Positions 59,915 through 64,000 of a stretch of DNA of 64,000 nucleotides are shown here, piece after piece. The notes under the pieces are model-generated. The model had not been told where the DNA came from. It saw only the letters and a program-made list of their open reading frames with translations, and did not search any database. Location of the stretch: contig JBKAGP010000001.1 in the NCBI GenBank assembly GCA_046290465.1, positions 3,424,001-3,488,000 of the forward strand, given 5' to 3'. The DNA comes from Planctomycetota bacterium. GTDB lineage: Bacteria; Planctomycetota; UBA1135; UBA2386. Both the position numbers and the translations under genes were made by a program. Positions within the stretch are counted from its first letter, which is position 1; each line of letters starts with the position of its first letter.

Positions 59915-61999
59915 CTACTGGTAGGTGTAGGTGCCGGTCGTCTGGCAACCGTTCGGGCTGGTGATGACGATCGGCACCGCCCCCGGCGAGCCGGCCGGCA
60001 CCGTCGCGACGATCGACGTCATCGACTGCGAGATCGGCGTCAGCGCCACGCCGCCGAGCGTCGCGGTCGTGCCGATCAGGTTGTTGCCGATCAGGATCAG
60101 CGTGTTGCCGCCGGCAGCCGGCCCCGACGCGAACGGGATGTTGGTGATCACCGGCGTGCCGTTGAACGGCAGCGAATCGGACGCGCCCCCCGGGTTGCCG
60201 ACCGCGAGCGTCGCGTCGCAGCCGACCCCGTTGGGCATCGTGAACGTCACCGCGTTGGGCGAGATGTAGTTGAGCGGCACGAACGCGCCGTCGACCGTCG
60301 CGACGATGCCGGGGAAGAAGTCAGTCCCGGTCACGTTGACCTGCTGGCCCGGCGTCGGCGAGAACGGCGTGACCGTCGCCAGCGACGGCGCCGGCAGCGG
60401 CTTGATGCGCAGGAACACCGCGTTGGTGGCCGCAAACGTGCCCTGCGTGTCGACGACCATCGCGCCCTGCAGCGCCGCGTCGAGCAGGATCGGCAGACCC
60501 GGCACGTTGAGCTGGAACGGCGCGGGCCCGGTCGCGAGCGGCGCCCCCAGGCCGAACGAGTCGGCGATCAGCGCGGTCGGCGCGCCGGTCAGGATCGGAT
60601 CCGGCGTGAAGCACAGCGCGTTGGTCGCGCCGGTGATCGGCAGGCCGGCACCGATCGCCGGAATGCCGTCGTGCGCCCACAGCGCGAACATGCCGACCGG
60701 GAACGTGCTGGGCGTCACCACCGGCGCGTCGAGCGTCAGCGTGAACGGCTGCGCGAAGCCGACCTCGACGACGCGGTCGGTGCCGGTCGAACCGTTGACC
60801 TGCAGCGCGCCGAGCGCGCCGCCCTGGCCGTCCGGGATCGCGCCGCCGCCGCAGGCACCGAACAGGTCCTCGACGGTGATCATCGGCTGCGGCCAGATGC
60901 CGACGCGCCCGAACTGGTCGGTGACCGAGATGTCGAGCACGGCGAGGCCCGACTCGAGCGCGCCGCGCATCGCGAACTCGTAGGTGCCGTTGGGCAGCGC
61001 GGTGACCGGGCTGAACGACACGTTGCCGACGGTGCTGTTCAGCGCCAGCCGCGCCTCGAGCGGCAGGCTGTTGCCGAGCGGGTTGTTCTGCGCGTCGCGC
61101 AATTCGACGTTGACGACCACCTCGTCGAGGCCGTTGGCGCGGATCGTCGTCGCGCTGACCGTCGCGGTCGACGTGTAGTGGTCGGGCCGGCCGATCTGGT
61201 TGGCCTTCCACGCGTTGAACTGCGTCTGCAGCTGCAGCACCGGATCGGGCGCGCTGGCCGGCTGGTTGGCGATGTTGATGTCGAGCCAGTAATCGCCGGC
61301 GCCGCAGCCGAGTCCGCCGTTGCACGGCGCGTCGACGTCCGACGGCCGGCTGACGATCATCAGCGCGATGTGCGACGACTTGGTGAAGTTGGCCGGCGGC
61401 GCCCCGCACGCGGTCGGCGCGGTCGGCTGGCACGAGCAGCGGCCGTCGCCGCCCATCACGCGCGCGGCCTCCATCGCGGCCATCAGCTTGTCGGGCAGCG
61501 TCCCGGGCGTGTTGATCAGCGCCTGCTCGGCGGCCGTCACCACCGGCTGGCCGGTCAGCACGTTGCCCTGGATCGCGTAGCGCAGGTTGCCGGTCTGGCC
61601 GGTGACGCCGCCGGCCCAGATGCCGGCGCCGGTGCCGGTGAACGTCACTTCGCCTCCGGTCAGGCTGACGATGCCGTACTGGCGCGACTGGTGGCCGCCG
61701 TCGGCGTTGGCGAGTTGCAGCAGGATGTTCTGTGCGGTCTCGCCGGTCAGGAAGCCGTCGCGGATCAGCTGCCGCAGCGACAGCGGTCCGACGAACGACT
61801 GCGCCGCCGCGACGCCGCGGCCGGGCACCACGACTACGGTGTTGGGACGCAGGTCGAAGCCGGTCAGGCACGTGGCGATGCCGACGGCGACCTCACCGGT
61901 GGCGAGGTTGACGACGACGATCGACCAGGTCGCCGACGCGTTGGCGGTGAGCAGCAGCAGGCCGGCGAAGAACGAGAGGAGGGCGCGAACGCTTGGCAT
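59915..61999 (-). CDS. DUF1028 (Ntn-hydrolase-like) secreted protein with Ig-like and IPT/TIG domains
   Basis: Signal then TWSIV...TGEVAVGIAT, RQYGIV, IQGNVLTG, GGDGRC; C-terminal GPAAGGNTLILIGNNL. Confidence 0.85.
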   Translation of the reverse strand: MPSVRALLSFFAGLLLLTANASATWSIVVVNLATGEVAVGIATCLTGFDLRPNTVVVVPGRGVAAAQSFVGPLSLRQLIRDGFLTGETAQNILLQLANADGGHQSRQYGIVSLTGGEVTFTGTGAGIWAGGVTGQTGNLRYAIQGNVLTGQPVVTAAEQALINTPGTLPDKLMAAMEAARVMGGDGRCSCQPTAPTACGAPPANFTKSSHIALMIVSRPSDVDAPCNGGLGCGAGDYWLDINIANQPASAPDPVLQLQTQFNAWKANQIGRPDHYTSTATVSATTIRANGLDEVVVNVELRDAQNNPLGNSLPLEARLALNSTVGNVSFSPVTALPNGTYEFAMRGALESGLAVLDISVTDQFGRVGIWPQPMITVEDLFGACGGGAIPDGQGGALGALQVNGSTGTDRVVEVGFAQPFTLTLDAPVVTPSTFPVGMFALWAHDGIPAIGAGLPITGATNALCFTPDPILTGAPTALIADSFGLGAPLATGPAPFQLNVPGLPILLDAALQGAMVVDTQGTFAATNAVFLRIKPLPAPSLATVTPFSPTPGQQVNVTGTDFFPGIVATVDGAFVPLNYISPNAVTFTMPNGVGCDATLAVGNPGGASDSLPFNGTPVITNIPFASGPAAGGNTLILIGNNLIGTTATLGGVALTPISQSMTSIVATVPAGSPGAVPIVITSPNGCQTTGTYTYQ

Positions 62000-62067
62000 G
62001 GACCGTCATTGTCGGCAAGGCAGCCCTGCCGTCCAGACGCACGAGCGAACGGCGGAGCGCAACCGCG

Positions 62068-63468
62068 CTACTTCGCGTGCTCGTCGAAGAACGCGAACAC
62101 GTCCGGCAGCGCGACCTGCACGATCGCGAGGTGCTCGACGGCGGGGTCGACCCGGAAGCTGGCGGTGGCGCCGGCAGCCTCGATCGCCCGGTGCAGCCGG
62201 CGCGCGCCGCCCAGCCCGAAGTCCCGTTCGCCGGCGCAGACGAAGAACGGCAGCCTGGCGAAGGCCTGCGACGCCCGGACGCTGCCGCCGCCGGCGATCG
62301 GCGCTGCGGCGCGGAACCGGTCCGGCCGACGGGAGACGTTCTGCATCGTCTGCACCGCCCCCATCGAGTGGCCGACGACGAACACGCGCTCGCGGTCGAT
62401 CGGGTAGCGCTCGGCGAGCGCGTCGACCAGACTCGCAATGTCGACGAAGCCCATGCCGTTGCGCGGCGACACCACGAACCAGCCGCGGCGCCGGGCGAGC
62501 TCGACGCACAGCCCGTCGCCGTAGCCGTCGAAGAACAGGTTCTCGCTGCCGCCCGCTCCGTGCAGCGCGACGACGATCGGGCGCCTTCCCTGGTCGACGG
62601 CCGGCGCGAACAACCGCGCCGCGACCGTGCGCCTGCCCGTCGGCACGCGCAGCCGGAACGAGCCGGGGCGCTGGCCGTGGTAGCGGTGCTGCTCGCGCGA
62701 GTCGTCGAGCCAGCCCACCAGACGTTCGGCCTCGAGCAGCAGCGCGCGGCCCGCCAGCTCGGTCTCGTAGGCGGAGCGGCGCAAGGTGGTGCGCAGCAGG
62801 TTGGCGAGCGCCGGCAGCGTCGCCGACTCGATCGACTTCGGCGTGATCTTGCGCGCGGTCGCGGCCGCCGCGAACACCCGCTCCAGCCGCGCGTCGAGGT
62901 CCGCCACCGCCGCAAACGCCATCGAACGCGCCAGCACCGGCTGCTGGTCCCGCTCGATCCGCCACGCGAACGTGTGGTCGCCGACCGGCAGATCACGCAG
63001 CTCGCGCTCGATCTCGAACGGCACCGCGGCGATCGGCCGTCGCTGCCACGGCGCGTCGTCGTGCACGCGCCAGGCGAACGTGAGCTGCTGCCGCGCATCG
63101 GCCTCGTACAGCTGCGAGACCTCGATCTGCAGCTGCGCGCTCCCGGCATCGACCAGGCGACGGCCGAGCTGCAGCTGCAGGCTGCGCGCGAAGCGCTCGT
63201 CCGCGGACGCCTCCGCGCCGGCCAGGGCGACGTCGGCGGCGTCGACCGCCGCGGCGACGCTGGCCATGTCGAGCCGGAAGAACGCCTGCACGGCGCGCTC
63301 CAGCTCGACGAATGCAGCATCGCGGCGCGCCGGATCCGGCACCTCGGCGAGGTGCCGTTCGAACGCCCGCAGGCGCAGCCCGAGTTCGTGGCGGCCGCCC
63401 TGAGCGGGCAGCGCGGCCGCGGCCAGAGCAGTCAGAGCAGCCAGCGCGACGCCGCGCGCGCGCCGCAT
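62068..63468 (-). CDS. Secreted alpha/beta hydrolase (esterase-like)
   Basis: VALHGAGGSEN, IDRERVFVVGHSMG, GERD, VEHL. Confidence 0.83.
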   Translation of the reverse strand: MRRARGVALAALTALAAAALPAQGGRHELGLRLRAFERHLAEVPDPARRDAAFVELERAVQAFFRLDMASVAAAVDAADVALAGAEASADERFARSLQLQLGRRLVDAGSAQLQIEVSQLYEADARQQLTFAWRVHDDAPWQRRPIAAVPFEIERELRDLPVGDHTFAWRIERDQQPVLARSMAFAAVADLDARLERVFAAAATARKITPKSIESATLPALANLLRTTLRRSAYETELAGRALLLEAERLVGWLDDSREQHRYHGQRPGSFRLRVPTGRRTVAARLFAPAVDQGRRPIVVALHGAGGSENLFFDGYGDGLCVELARRRGWFVVSPRNGMGFVDIASLVDALAERYPIDRERVFVVGHSMGAVQTMQNVSRRPDRFRAAAPIAGGGSVRASQAFARLPFFVCAGERDFGLGGARRLHRAIEAAGATASFRVDPAVEHLAIVQVALPDVFAFFDEHAK

Positions 63469-64000
63469 CACTTGCCTCCCTTGCGGGCGCGATCGCGGGC
63501 CTCGAGCTCGAGGCCGACGTCGATGTCCCACTCGACGGTCTCGCCGTCACGGATCGTGCGCACGATGCGGATGTCCTCCTTGCCCTGCTCGCGCAGCACC
63601 GCCGTGTAGGTGTCGGGCGGCACGCTGCCGAACTCGTACCAGCCGGAGTTCTCGACGCTGTCCTTGTTGGACATCAACCGCTTCATGATCGTGAACGTCG
63701 AGAGCCGGCTGACGACCGGCTTGCCGTTGCCGTCCAGCAGCGTGATGTTGCCGAGCGGGATCTGCTGCTTGTCGACGTTGGTCGCGCGCACCCGCAGCGT
63801 CGCACCGCGCACCACGCGCAGTTCGACCTCGGTCGGCAGGTCCTGTTGCACCGCGACGTCGTCGAGCTTGCCGGCCTCGAGCGCCTCGCTCTCGACCCGC
63901 AGCGAATACGACCCCGGCGTCAGCCCGACGATCTCGAAGCGGCCGTCCTCGCCGGTGCGCACCGGCCGGGTCGTGCCGATCAGGTCGAGCAGCGGGTTGC
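63468..64000 (-). CDS. Carboxypeptidase-regulatory-like domain protein, 5' part outside the window
   Basis: TGEDGRFEIVGLTPGSYSLRV and GWYEFGSVPPDTY repeats. Confidence 0.75.
   Translation of the reverse strand, partial: NPLLDLIGTTRPVRTGEDGRFEIVGLTPGSYSLRVESEALEAGKLDDVAVQQDLPTEVELRVVRGATLRVRATNVDKQQIPLGNITLLDGNGKPVVSRLSTFTIMKRLMSNKDSVENSGWYEFGSVPPDTYTAVLREQGKEDIRIVRTIRDGETVEWDIDVGLELEARDRARKGGK

Overview
High-GC bacterial DNA, most likely Planctomycetota (PSD1/planctomycete cytochrome c, DUF1501, DUF1552 and an ECF sigma factor fused to carboxypeptidase-regulatory-like domains). Bases 1 to ~9760 are the right-hand part of a visibly less GC-rich integrative, plasmid-like element inserted at the 3' end of tRNA-Pro(GGG) (9762-9838, minus strand). 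The element carries a tyrosine integrase, a ParA plus small RHH-like partition pair with 9-bp-phased repeat arrays, an RPA-type RepA whose reading frame is broken by a (GA)18 microsatellite, and an intact-looking iteron/DnaA-box origin. Its cargo is defence-like: an AAA ATPase + S8 protease + YjzC-like + tail-anchored protein operon, and a headless zinc-hook SMC/RloC-like fragment. The rest is host backbone: mqnC, mqnE, glpK, ptrB, fabG, ilvA, many secreted hydrolases and lipoproteins, a GalK-family kinase with a galacturonokinase-like motif, a compact solitary N6-adenine methyltransferase, and two families of short intergenic repeats, one bounded by CTAG at both ends. All family calls come from motifs recognised by eye; no database searches were run.
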